From: an uncultured Verrucomicrobiae bacterium
Lineage (GTDB): Bacteria; Verrucomicrobiota; Verrucomicrobiia; Limisphaerales; Palsa-1400
DNA: 64,000 bases
Reading direction: 5' to 3'
NCBI GenBank assembly: GCA_963707025.1
Contig: CAVPOM010000003.1
Span: forward strand, 128,001 to 192,000
Shown here: positions 51,021 through 61,900 of the stretch, piece by piece
Layout: each line of letters starts with the position of its first letter
Position numbering within the stretch: position 1 is the first letter of the stretch
The notes under the pieces: generated by a model
What the model was told of the DNA's origin: nothing
Databases searched by the model: none
What the model saw: the letters and a program-made list of their open reading frames with translations, nothing else
Position numbers and translations under genes: made by a program

Positions 51021-51834
51021 CAGAGAGGCAGGCGGCAGGAAAAGGCTTGAAATCAGACCGCCTGCGGCGGTAGAGTTGAGAACCCTAAGAAAACGGAGAG
51101 GGAGGACGGGCAGTGCTCCGCATCGCTCGTTCTCTCTTTCGAAAGGGTTTTGAAACACGGAATGAACAGTAGTCAACTACAATTAGTAATGACAGCAATC
51201 GGCAAAAGTCGCGCTTATTTCATGCGCTCCGTGGTCTAAAGGATGGGGTCCACCTCAGGGATTGAAATTGCCGTTCTGGGCTGTATTGAGTTTCTGCGTC
51301 ATTTCCTGCACTTATTTCACCGGCTGCGAAACGACTACCTTGACGCATACCAGGAACTTCTCTTAGCGGAACCTGAAAGTGCTGTCAGCCATACGCTGAA
51401 GGAAACCTTTTTGGCCCTGAGAAAGACTGCCGAAGGTGCCGCCTAACACCGAAGACGCGCCCCCATAACGAAACCATGAGGCTTTCCCCGCTCCGTGTTC
51501 CCATGTCGTCATCCGGCTTGCTCAAGACCTGAAGGCCAAGCCAAATGCCAACACGCGAACGCTCCGCCCCGACAAGTGCCTGGTCGTGACGTCGCTGGAT
51601 TCCAGCTTGCGCCCTCTTTGCCGTTCGCAACATGGAGTCCACCGCCATCACCACCAGGGAGTTGAAGACAAGCACGGAGGACCGCTTTTAGGGTGTCAAT
51701 GTAGCTTTCCGCTGTCGCGGACGGGGAAAAATCAGACTGTGCAATCACTCACTCTCAGCCGACGCGAGGTGCGGCAACCTTCTTCTGCCGCTTGCCCGCC
51801 GACTGCCATATTGCTTCCGCCATCCCCGCCCTGA

Positions 51835-52496
51835 TTATCGCGCTTGGGCGTTTGCGCGCCAGCGACGCCAGGCGAACAACAACAAGCCGGGCACGACCAT
51901 CAAAACCAAAGTGTCTGGTTCGGGAACGGCAGTCGCGGTCAGAGAGAACTGCGGATCCTCAAAGTTGGCGGTCCACGAGGAGCCATCCCTCGAACTGAGA
52001 AGATAATCAGTGCCTCCCCATCCACCACTTTCAACCGGGGGGAATTATCAAAGCTCCAAGCATAAGCGCCGTTCGCGACGGACGTTGCAGCGTTGAGCAC
52101 AATAAAATATGGGGTATTAGGAGCAAGCATAAAGCTGGAAGCCGTATAGGTAAAAAACCCGCCAGTGACAGGATCGCTGGAACCAGTAAGAGTGCCGAGG
52201 CTGCTTTCAGGCAGGACTGATGCAAAAACGCTGGCGGAGTAAACCATGACGGTGAAGCCGTTGGGAGAACCTGACGCCGGCGTCATCGCCAACTGAACGG
52301 AATCGAGCTCATAACCGCCGGGATTGTTTCCCGTCCCAAACGGCGCGGCCAGCAATGAATCACTTCCCACGCTTGCACTGCCGGTTGACGGCTGGCCTAG
52401 ACTGGATACGAACACTGTACTTTGTGAGCGGGCTGTTTCCGGTGCTAGGAGCCCCAACACTAAAACAACGATGCCACCAAAAAGCTTCTTTTTCAT
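51835..52496 (-). CDS. PEP-CTERM sorting-domain protein; one apparent frameshift near 52040
   Basis: Signal peptide MKKKLFGGIVVLVLGLL. One extra C in the C6 run gives ...FEDPQFSLTATAVPEPDTLVLMVVPGLLLFAWRRWR, stop 51835. Confidence 0.85.
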
Positions 52497-52738
52497 ATAC
52501 ACTAACTAGTTGGAATTAATTCAATCCTATCAAAATTGTGCGACAAATTGGACATCCAGTCAACGTCCGGAACAGCGGTTGGTAACGCATATTCACAATT
52601 TCAAGCTCCATGAGGCGAGGGCTGAATTGGAGGCCGAGCAGCACGAGCGCCGCATGGCCGTCATCATGGAAACCGCAGCGCTGCAAGTGGTTGCCGATAA
52701 TATTGTGCAAAGCATGGGCGTTTTAACGCCTCCGAAGA

Positions 52739-52817
52739 TGTAACGGCATGTAACGGGGGTGTAACGGCTCTAAAATGCGTAAGTGCTTGTGGTGCAACAG
52801 GTGTAACGATGTAACGG
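52739..52817. repeat. Cluster of five TGTAACGR direct repeats
   Basis: Copies at 52739, 52749, 52760, 52802 and 52810. Confidence 0.8.
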
Positions 52818-53099
52818 CTGTTTCCGAGCAATGGTCGGGAGCGGACCCTGCGCTACTTCCAGCGGTTGTCCTGGCGGAAGAAATCCACCGAAACCAGGGA
52901 AGAACCCGAATTCCTAAGCGCCACTCAATTCCGTCCCCCTTCCCTGGAATTACCCCACAGCCGCATCCTCTTCATGTCAAAGAATCGTATCCGTCTGGCG
53001 TCTTGGCGCGCCTTGCTCTCACACTATAGGTAGAGCACGCTACCAAAGTGCCTATGGATGAGGCCCTTGCATAAATCCGCGCTTTCCCGCATTTTTCCT

Positions 53100-53127
53100 T
53101 TGACAACCTGCACTTAATTGATAAACT
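53100..53127 (+). promoter_or_regulatory. Candidate sigma70 promoter
   Basis: TTGACA-N16-TAAACT with an extended -10 TG, about 385 bp upstream of the activase ORF. Confidence 0.4.
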
Positions 53128-53240
53128 GTGACTGTGGATGCAAGACACGTAGAGCCGGACGGGGCGATGGGGGCGGAGGTTCCTCCTGTCTCAAAACCGC
53201 CGGCGCAACGGCGGCCGGGCCGCTCTGTCTTTCCAGGATC

Positions 53241-53300
53241 GTTTCACCTAGTTTCACTTGTTTTCACCTAATTTCACCTAATTTCACCTGGTTTCACTTC
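53241..53300. repeat. Decamer tandem repeat (nTTTCACYTn)x6
   Basis: gtttcaccta gtttcacttg ttttcaccta atttcaccta atttcacctg gtttcacttc. Confidence 0.9.
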
Positions 53301-53511
53301 CCGGCCCCAGGGGGGCATGCGCCGGACAGAATTTACCGCCAAAATCGTCAAAGCCGCCCCGTTGGCGGATTGCTGGCATTTTGCGGCATACAAGAATTGC
53401 TTGGTTATTGGCAAATTGTGGGGAGCGGAAAAGGCGGCGGGGGGTTATTTCTGATTCGCGAAATCAGTTTGTTTCGGCCGCAGCCTGGCCCTTGCAGGAA
53501 CGGATCAGGTC

Positions 53512-56500
53512 ATGTCTGGTGGCGTGCAGACGCCGGAGATTGAGATCATGTTTTGCGCGGGTGTGAACATCGGCGCCTTGTCGGTCAAGGCCGTGGCGCT
53601 GCATGACGGGCGGAGGGAGCCGCGGATTGCGCCACATTGCGGCCGTCCCCTGGAAACCCTCAAGGCGTTGCTGGCCCAACCGGAGTTTGCCGGCGCGGAG
53701 TTTTTCGGCGTTTCGGGACAACTGGGCCATCTGACCGAGGTCGCGGCCATTCGGCGCGCCTTGCGCGAATTGGGGGAAGATTTCGATGCCGTCGTCTCGC
53801 TGGGCGGAGAGGCCTTCCTGGTTTACTTTCTGACCCGCGGCACCATTACCAATGTCCTTTCCCACAACAAGTGCGCCGCCGGCAGCGGGGAATTCTTCGT
53901 CCAGCAAATCGGCCGGATGGGACTGGGGTTGGAAGACGCCATCCAGCTCTCCTTCCAAGGCAAGGTCGTCCCGCTGGCCTCCCGCTGCTCGGTCCACTGC
54001 AAGTCCGACATCACCCACAAGCTCAACCGCAATGAGGCGGCCCCGGCCGACATTCTGCACACCCTGCACGACAGCATGGCCGGCAAGGTGGTGGCGCTGC
54101 TGGAAAAAGGGCTGCGTTCGCGCCGGCGCGTGCTTTTGATCGGAGGCGTCAGCCGCAACGCCGCCATGCTCGCGGCCTTGCGCGCCAAGCTGCCCGGCAC
54201 CGAATTTGCCGTGCTGCCGGAAAGTCCCTGGTTCGAGGCCTGGGGCACTGCTTTGCTGACCCGGGACGAGCCTGTCCACCGCTCTCCCAAGCTGTCGGTC
54301 CAGCCGCGCCTTGGCCGGCTCCGCCGCTCCGGCGCGTCGCCGACCGGGTCCAGGTCATCCCGGCCCCGGCCCGCCAGTCGCCCCCGGATGGCCCGATGGT
54401 GCTGGGAGTGGATGCCGGCTCGACCACCACCAAGGCCGTGCTGCTCGATCCGGCCACCGGCGGCGTGGTCGCCTCCCACTACCTGCGCACGCAGGGCGAC
54501 CCGGTGGCCTCGTTGCGCGCCTGCCTGCGCGCACTGGCGGAGCAGGTGGGCAACCGCCCCATCGGCCTGATGGCCACCACCGGCTCGGCCCGGGAAATCG
54601 TCGGCGCCTACCTGGGCACCGAATATGTTTTCAACGAAATCTCCGCCCACGCCGCCGGCGCGGGCCATTTCGACCCGGAGGTGGACACGATTATGGAAAT
54701 CGGGGGGCAGGACTCCAAATACATCCATCTGCGCAATGGCGTTCCCATTGACTATGCCATGAACAACGCGTGTTCGGCCGGTACCGGCTCGTTTCTGGAA
54801 GAAAGCGCCAAAAGCGACCTGGGCGTGACGGTGTCCGCATTATCGGGCGTGGCCCTGGACGCTTCCGCGCCGGTGCATTTCAAGGCGACCTGCGCGGCGT
54901 TCATCAACTCGGATATTCGGGCCGCCCAACAACAGGGATATTCGCACGATGACATTGTCGCGGGCCTGGTCTATGCCATCGCCGCCAACTACCTGACCAA
55001 GGTCAAGGGGCCGCGTCCGGTCGGCCGGAAGGTGTTTCTCCAGGGCGGCGTGGCCCTGAACCGCGCGCTCGGCCATGCTTTTGCCCATCAGGTTGGCCGG
55101 CCGGTGGTGATTCCCCCCGACCCGGAGTTGCTGGGAGCCTTGGGCGTGGCGCTACTGGCCTTGCAACGGTCCAAGAGCCCGGCGGACACGGCTGCGGAAC
55201 TGGGCGCCCTGGCGGCCTTGGAACTGGAGCGCGTGGGCCGCTTCACCTGCCATGCCTGCAAACTGTATTGCAGCATAGACCGCTTTAAAGTCGGCGGCCG
55301 CGTCTTCCCATTCGGCGGGCGTTGCAGCCTGTATGAGAATGTGTGGAAGCGAAAGTCGCGCACCGCCGCCGCTCCGGACCTGGTGGAGGAACGGACCAGC
55401 CTGCTCTTTGACCGTCCCTCGGCTGGCCCGGCAAACGCGGACTTGCGCATCGGCATTCCCAAGGCGCTCCTGACCCATTCTCTCCATCCGCTTTTCGCCA
55501 CCTTCTTCCACGGTTTGGGAATCGAAACGGTCCTGTCGGGCGTGGATCCGCAGGGCGATCTGAAGTCCAACGCCGGCTTTTGTTTTCCCGTGCAAATCGC
55601 CCACGGCGCGGTGCTGGATCTGGCCCGGCGCGGCGTGAAGCTGGTCTTCCTGCCGCAGGTGATGCACATGCCCCAGCCCAACGCGTGCGGCGATTGTTAT
55701 TTGTGCCCGATCACCCAGGCCAGCCCCTCCTTCATGGCCAAGGCCTTTCCAGACCTGCAATTCCTCTCGCCGCTGCTGGATTTCTCCAAAAGCTACGCCG
55801 CTTCTGCCGCGATGGTCGAGATGGCGGTTGGCGAGTTGGAGTTCCCACACGACCTGGCCGCCAGCGCCTGGACCGCCGCCGTCGGCGCCCAGGTGGAAGC
55901 GGAACGCGCGCTGCGGGAACTGGGCCAAAAGGCGCTCGACCAGGCGGTGGCAGAAGGGAAGCTGGCGGTTCTGCTGGCCGGTCACAGCTATAGCGCCTTT
56001 GCGCCGGAAGCCTCCCAATCGGTGGGCCGAAAGCTCTCCAGCATGGGCGTGACTGTCATCCCCGGCGATTGTCTGACGCCGGTCGAGGCCGGCCCCACCG
56101 CCTGGCACTTCGCAAACCAGATCCTCAATGCCGCCGCCATTGCGAAAAAGCATCCCAATTTGTTCCTCCTTTGCGTGAGCAATTTCAGTTGCACCATGGA
56201 CGCCTTCACCCAGTCCATCCTGGCTTCGGAGATGGGATCCAAACCCCACCTGATCCTTGAGATTGACGCCCACACCGCCGACGCCGGCATCCAGACCCGC
56301 TTGGAAGCCTTTCTGGACATCGTGGCCAACTACCACTCCGTCCATAATCCTCATCCCAATCTCAATCCCAATCTTAATCTTAATCCTAATCTTAATCTTA
56401 ATCCTCCCATCCGTCCCTTCAACCCGTGCCAATTGCTGCCGGGTGGCCGCGTCCTCCGCAGCAATGGCGAGTCGGTTCGGCTCGACGACCCCCGCGTGAA

Positions 56501-57794
56501 GATCCGTTTCCCCAATTTCTCCCAATACCACTCCGAAAGCCTGGCCCAGGCCGCCCGCTGGCTGGGTCTGAATGTGGGCGATACAGTCCCGCTTGAGCGC
56601 AATCAATTGGAGCGGGGCCTGGAGCACACCTCGGGGCGCGAGTGCCTTCCCCTGCCCATCTGCATCGGCCAACTGCTCCAGATCAGTGAGCGCCGCCCGC
56701 CCGGGGAAATCACCGGCTTCTACATGGTGCGCGGAGGCGCCCCCTGCGTCTCGGACTGTTACATGGGCTATTTTCAAAGGTTCATCGCCGAACAACAGTT
56801 GCCCGATCTGTTCCTCCTCAATCCCACCCCGGAAAACGGCTGGTGCGGCCTGGACCGCACCGCCCTGGTCCAAAGCGTTTCCCCGGCCATCCAAATGGCG
56901 GACATCCTGGTGGAGATCGAGCAAGTTCTGGGCGCGGTGGGCTTGCCCGCCAGCGTGGATCAGCTCCGCGCGCAATGGCGGCGGTTCCTGGAGGAGGCCT
57001 CCTCCCTGGACCAGTTCAACACTAATCTCCCGGCCTTGGCCGATTGGCTGGCCGCGCTGCCGCTCACACGAGACCCTTCGGCCTGTCCCAAGGTCGTCAT
57101 CACCGGCGACTTCTTCACCCGCTTCAGTCCCTTCTTCATGGAAGGTGTCCACTCGCTCTACGCCGCCAGCGGCATCATCCTCAAGCCGGTGGACCTGGGG
57201 GATATGGTGCAATACGCCACCTATCACGATGTGGCCGGAGCGGCCAGCGGTTGGGGCATGAAGCCGGGTGTGCCGGCTTTGGCCAAAGCCTGCCTGAGAA
57301 TGTTTCAGCCCGACGGCAAACAATATCTGCGGCAGTGGATGAACTATCACGCCGAACGCTGGCTGGAAGGCCGCTACCGCCAGATCTTCCGCAAGACCGC
57401 CCTGCTGGTGGCCGGCCCTAACAACGTCTCCTCCCTGTTCGATAAAGCTTCCCGCCACATCTCCCCGGCCATTTTTGGAGAGGCCATTCCCAGCGTCGGC
57501 AAAGGTTTGGAGGCCGCCAACGAAGGCTACGACGGCATCTTCCTCATCGGCCCTTTCAACTGCCTGCCCTACCGCATCTCCGAAGCCATCCTCAAACCGC
57601 TCAGCCTTCAGACCGACATGCCGCTTTTGACCTACGAGAGTGACGGCTATGCCGTTTCACCTTCCTTCCTCCGCCAGGTCGAAGTCCACATCGAACAAGT
57701 TCTCCAGCGCTCCGCCCAGCGCCGCCTGAAAATGGCCCAAATCCATCCCCTCCTCCCGCCCTCCCGCTTCCGCAAAATCAAGACGCCGGTTTGA
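53512..57794 (+). CDS. Multidomain acyl-CoA dehydratase activase (two BadF/BadG/BcrA/BcrD ASKHA ATPase domains + DUF2229/HgdAB-like region); one apparent frameshift near 54321
   Basis: KCAAGSGEF/RCSVHCKSD and GVDAGSTTTK/EIGGQDSK/CSAGTGSF/CAAFINSD; CFPVQIAHG, EIDAHTADAG..TRLEAF, GRECLP, PFNCLP. One extra C restores RLPPLRRVAD...PMVLGVD. Confidence 0.9.
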
Positions 57795-57852
57795 ACAGGA
57801 AGCGATAAACATTGACGGCGACCTTCAGTAAAAATTATTCTAGGATTGGAGT

Positions 57853-58704
57853 GTGAGAACATTAAGAGCATACCAGGCGCCCCGTCGGGAAGCACCCATC
57901 ACCGCCCGGGCCTTCACCTTGATTGAACTGCTGGTGGTCATCGCCATCATCGCCATTCTGGCGGCTTTGCTCCTGCCGGCCCTGGCCAGCGCCAAGAAAA
58001 CCGCCCTGGCCGCCAGTTGCCTCAACAATTTGAAACAACTCACCCTGGCCGCTCAGTTGTATGCCGGTGATTATGCTGACGCCATCGTCCCGAACGCACC
58101 CGGTGGCCCGACGTCCTGGGTGACGGGCAGTGTCCAGGGATTGCCGGGGGCGGCTAATCTGCCCGACATCACCAATTCGCTGCTTTATCCCTATAACCGT
58201 TCCCCCAAGATTTACCAATGCCCGGGGGACTTCGTCATCGTGGCGGGTTCATCGGCGCAGCGCATCCGCAGTGTCTCGTTGAGTTGCATGATGGGAAACC
58301 AGGAAGGCACTGCCGGTGACGTTCATCCAGGCTTGCTGGAAAACCTCAAATTCTCGCGCATCCAAAGCCCCGGTCCGGCCCAGGCCTTGTTTTTCGTGGA
58401 TGAGCAGACATCTCCCAATCCGGCCATGACCAGCCTGGACGACTGCTACTTTGCCATTAATTACGCGCACGGAAACCCCCTCTACGGCGGATCCGCCGGC
58501 AACGATTATGTCTGGCGCAATGTTCCCTCCAGCCGCCACGGCGACTTCGGCCAAACCTCTTTCGCCGACGGCCATGTCGCAAAAATGAAGTGGCTTGAAC
58601 CAAAAACGCAGAACTTGCAGGGGCTCAACAGCACGGGAACAGCTCCCGTGGACCTGGATTTGAAGCAAATATGGCAGTCCATTTATCCTCCTGCGCAATG
58701 GTGA
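57853..58704 (+). CDS. Prepilin-type N-terminal cleavage/methylation protein with H-X9-DG C-terminal motif (DUF1559-like)
   Basis: [55 protein letters not shown]. Confidence 0.93.
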   Translation: MRTLRAYQAPRREAPITARAFTLIELLVVIAIIAILAALLLPALASAKKTALAASCLNNLKQLTLAAQLYAGDYADAIVPNAPGGPTSWVTGSVQGLPGAANLPDITNSLLYPYNRSPKIYQCPGDFVIVAGSSAQRIRSVSLSCMMGNQEGTAGDVHPGLLENLKFSRIQSPGPAQALFFVDEQTSPNPAMTSLDDCYFAINYAHGNPLYGGSAGNDYVWRNVPSSRHGDFGQTSFADGHVAKMKWLEPKTQNLQGLNSTGTAPVDLDLKQIWQSIYPPAQW

Positions 58705-58814
58705 AGCCAGCGCGCTCGAGTCGCCGGGGCCGCCATGTCAGGCGGCGCCATGTCCTTTCACTTTGGCCGCCCGCAACGGTGCCGGAAAACTACCCGCCCG
58801 GCGCCTCATCAAAC

Positions 58815-59033
58815 CTACAAGGTCTCCCAGGCACCGTTCGCCTTGTTGTAGCGGAACGAACGGGATCGGTTTTCATCCTGAAAATGAAACCCCGTCTCAT
58901 CCTCGTAACCCAGCGGCGCCTCCGCTTCAATGGCCGCTCGCAGCCTGGCCGCCAGCCGGTTCCACCGCCGCCTGGCGACACCATTTCCGAGCAGAAAACC
59001 CTGGCCCTTTTTTGTGGTATGGCTGCCAATCAT
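58815..59033 (-). CDS. Small hypothetical protein with an APLGYEDETGFH motif
   Basis: 72 aa. The motif resembles small proteins I recall from Verrucomicrobia; not verified. Confidence 0.45.
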   Translation of the reverse strand: MIGSHTTKKGQGFLLGNGVARRRWNRLAARLRAAIEAEAPLGYEDETGFHFQDENRSRSFRYNKANGAWETL

Positions 59034-59295
59034 CTTGCTTTTGAATAAAACATGAGAGTGGCTCAACGGCTCCCCAATCCTTGGCATTTGTTGGACAAAA
59101 ATTGCGCGGCCTCCCGTCATGGACCCATTCCGATGGCCCATCACGCCACCGCCCGCGCAGCAATCGCGCCAGGCGGAATTTCTTCAAGGGTGACTTCGTG
59201 CCAAAGATAATCTTAAGTGAGGTTATGGTTCAACCAGCGGCAGATTGTTTTCCAGCTTCATCTTCCTTTAAGGTTGCACCGCGTAAAGTGATGCC

Positions 59296-60888
59296 ATGAA
59301 AAAACTAACGCAGATCCTGGTGGTTATGCTGGCCCTCGGCCCGGCAACCGCCTGCCTTCGCGCCGCCCAAACTTACACCATCGTCGCCACCGCCCAGGGC
59401 AAGTGTTACGACAACCGCGGCGAAATCGCCCCGCCCAAACCCGGCCAGCCTTTCTATGGCCAGGACGCCCAGTTCCAAAGCCATCCCCCCAGTTACACCC
59501 TCGGCGCTGATGGCCTGACCGTTCACGACAACAACACGGACCTGACCTGGCAGCGCAGCCCGGACACCGATGGCGATGGTTTGCTGACCTGGCGCGACAA
59601 GCTGACCCTGGCCCAGGCACAGGCCCTTCCCGCCAAGCTCAACGCCGCCAAGTTCGGCGGGTTCGACGACTGGCGCCTGCCGTCCATCAAGGAACTTTAT
59701 TCGCTCTTCGACGCCCGTGGCACCGATCCCAGCGGCCCGGGCACCGAAACTTCCGGCCTGAGGCCGTTCCTCGACACCAATTTCTTCAAGTTCGCCTACG
59801 GAGACACCAGCGCCGGCGAGCGCATCATTGATTCCCAATACGCCTCCGGCACCCTGTATGCCGGCCGGTCCGCTCGCGGCTTTGGCAAACTTTTCGGCGT
59901 CAACTTCGCCGATGGCCGGATCAAAGGCTATGACCTGCAAATGCCGGGCGGCGCGGAGAAAACCTTCTTCGTCCTGTGCGTGCGCGGCAACCCGAATTAC
60001 GGCAGGAACGACCTCCAGGACAACGCCGACGGCACCATCACCGATCGGGCCACGGGCCTGATCTGGTCCAAAGGTGACAGCCGCCAAGGCATGAACTGGC
60101 AGGACGCGCTGGCCTGGGCGCAGCAGCAGAACGCGGCGAAATTCCTCGGCCACGATGACTGGCGGCTGCCCAGCGTGAAGGAATTGCAAAGCATCGTGGA
60201 CTACTCGCGCTCACCCGACACGACTCAATCGCCCGCCATCGCTCCGGTCTTCCATTGCGCCACGATCACCAACGAGGCCGGCCAGGCCGACTTCCCATGC
60301 TACTGGTCGGCCACAACACACGCCGGGTTCCTTGGCGGTGGCGCCGCGATGTATCTCGCTTTCGGTCGCGCGGCGGGCTGGATGCCGCCACCAGGCTTTG
60401 CCGGCGGTGGAGGTGGAGGAGGCGGGAGACGCGGCGGTCCGGCCAATCAGGGCGGCTTTCACCTGATGCCCCCGCTGGCTCGGGAGCAACTGGATCTGAC
60501 GGCTGACCAGCAGAAACAACTGGCGGACCTGGAACTGGAAGCAAAGGCGAAGCTGGAAAAAATTCTGACATCCGAACAAATGCAGCAGTTGAGTCAATTC
60601 CAGCCACCACCGCGCCAACGCGGCCCGGGCATGGGCGGCCCCGGCATGGGTGGTCGCGCCAGGGGTGGCCCGGACAGAGGCGGCCCCGGCATGGAAGACC
60701 CGCAGGATATGGCGGCGAGAGGCGGCAACGCCAACAATTACCATTTTGAGGACGTCCACGGCGCCGGCGCACAACGGAGCGATCCCAAGGCCGGCGACCC
60801 GGCCATGTTCCCGCATGGCCGCGGGCCGCAGGGCGATGTCATCCGCATTTACAATTACGTCCGCCTCGTCCGCGGCGGACTGAACTGA
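59296..60888 (+). CDS. Secreted protein with two DUF1566 (Lcl C-terminal-like) domains and a Gly-rich insertion
   Basis: Signal peptide, GQDAQF, D..TDLTWQ, DDWRLPSIKEL and DDWRLPSVKEL, YWSAT, VRLVR. Confidence 0.9.
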   Translation: MKKLTQILVVMLALGPATACLRAAQTYTIVATAQGKCYDNRGEIAPPKPGQPFYGQDAQFQSHPPSYTLGADGLTVHDNNTDLTWQRSPDTDGDGLLTWRDKLTLAQAQALPAKLNAAKFGGFDDWRLPSIKELYSLFDARGTDPSGPGTETSGLRPFLDTNFFKFAYGDTSAGERIIDSQYASGTLYAGRSARGFGKLFGVNFADGRIKGYDLQMPGGAEKTFFVLCVRGNPNYGRNDLQDNADGTITDRATGLIWSKGDSRQGMNWQDALAWAQQQNAAKFLGHDDWRLPSVKELQSIVDYSRSPDTTQSPAIAPVFHCATITNEAGQADFPCYWSATTHAGFLGGGAAMYLAFGRAAGWMPPPGFAGGGGGGGGRRGGPANQGGFHLMPPLAREQLDLTADQQKQLADLELEAKAKLEKILTSEQMQQLSQFQPPPRQRGPGMGGPGMGGRARGGPDRGGPGMEDPQDMAARGGNANNYHFEDVHGAGAQRSDPKAGDPAMFPHGRGPQGDVIRIYNYVRLVRGGLN

Positions 60889-60992
60889 ACCAAGGCAAAG
60901 GATGACAAGCCGGGAACCGGGCCCCTTTGCCTTTATCTTTTGCCCAATTTCCTGCTGGCAGCGGAGCCGGAAACCGGCCAGGCTGTGCCCTT

Positions 60993-61889
60993 ATGAAATC
61001 CCAAATCTCCATTCAACAGGTCCTTCCGGCCCGCGCCCTCGCCTGCCTGGCGGTCCTGGCCATGACTTCCTATTCTTCCCCCGCCCAGAATCCACCGGCC
61101 GCGGGCGCCGCCAATCCGCCCGAACAAATCGAAGGCTTCAAAGAGCACTTGCTCCCCGGCGGCAAATGGTACCAGCATGACCCCGGCCGCCCCCAGCCGC
61201 CCATCGTCACCCCCGGCGCCAATTTTAGCGCGGGCGCTGCGCCGCCGTCGGACGCGGAAGTTCTTTTTGACGGCAAGGACCTTTCCAAATGGGAAAACAC
61301 CCGGGGTGAAGCCGCCAACTGGAAGGTTCAGGACGGTTATATGGAGGTGACGCCCCCCAACGGCAACGATATCCGCACCCGGGGCAAGTGGTCTGATTTC
61401 CAACTGCATGTGGAATGGGCGGAGCCAACCCAGACCGCCGGCCTGCACGGCCAGTCCCGCGGCAACAGCGGGATTCTTATCAACAATATGTACGAGGTCC
61501 AGGTGCTCGATTCCTACAACGATAAAACCTATGCCGACGGCCAGGCCGGCGCCATTTACGGCCAGATGCCCCCATTGGTCAACGCCTCCAAGCCGCCGGG
61601 CCAATGGCAGACCTACGACATCATCTGGGAATCCCCGCGCTGGAACCAGAACCGCGAACTGGTCCAGAAAGCCTGCATCACCGTCCTGCACAACGGCGTC
61701 GTCATCCAGCACAAGACCGAGTTCATCGGCAGCACCGACGGCATCGGCGGCGGCGTCCCCTGGCGGGGGACCTCAAAGTACACGCCGCATTCCCCGGAGG
61801 TCTTCGTGCAATTGCAGAACCACAACGCCAACCCGGTCCGTTTCCGCAACATCTGGATACGCGACCTCCATCTGGTGGAGCGGCAGTAG
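60993..61889 (+). CDS. Secreted DUF1080 (3-keto-disaccharide hydrolase-like) protein
   Basis: PPSDAEVLFDGKDLS, DFQLHVEW, GNSG, YEVQVLDS, AGAIYG, LQNH..PVRFRNIWIR. Confidence 0.92.
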   Translation: MKSQISIQQVLPARALACLAVLAMTSYSSPAQNPPAAGAANPPEQIEGFKEHLLPGGKWYQHDPGRPQPPIVTPGANFSAGAAPPSDAEVLFDGKDLSKWENTRGEAANWKVQDGYMEVTPPNGNDIRTRGKWSDFQLHVEWAEPTQTAGLHGQSRGNSGILINNMYEVQVLDSYNDKTYADGQAGAIYGQMPPLVNASKPPGQWQTYDIIWESPRWNQNRELVQKACITVLHNGVVIQHKTEFIGSTDGIGGGVPWRGTSKYTPHSPEVFVQLQNHNANPVRFRNIWIRDLHLVERQ

Positions 61890-61900
61890 TTACATTTTGA

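Larger units (their letters stand above)
49765..51257 (+). mobile_element. Complete IS3-family insertion sequence (1,493 bp)
   Basis: IRL TGAGCTGGACCCCTATTTTTAGACCAC and IRR (reverse complement) TGAGGTGGACCCCATCCTTTAGACCAC match at 22/27. TG...CA ends; 3-bp target duplication GGG at 49762-49764 and 51258-51260. Confidence 0.96.
48805..51446 (+). pseudogene. Type II restriction endonuclease (probably SacI-like family) split by an IS3-family element
   Basis: 5' part 48805-49764 (HSHNAADKQTGAAGDIE...AYEMK, PD-(D/E)xK-like) and 3' part 51261-51446. Removing the IS and one GGG copy restores the in-frame sequence ...YDELGG-IEIAVLG... Overlaps the MTase end. Confidence 0.85.

Noticed and set aside
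51440..51835. Possible attC sites or integron after the restriction gene (GCCTAAC... and hairpins)
   Set aside because: I could not pair convincing R''/R' boxes, and there is no integrase or intact cassette ORF.
9001..54330. Frameshifts in the sensor kinase (three), putA, the PEP-CTERM gene and the activase as pseudogenes or programmed/phase-variable frameshifts
   Set aside because: Five of the six are fixed by adding one base to a short homopolymer, and I saw no other decay. This pattern fits long-read consensus error; read-level checking would settle it.
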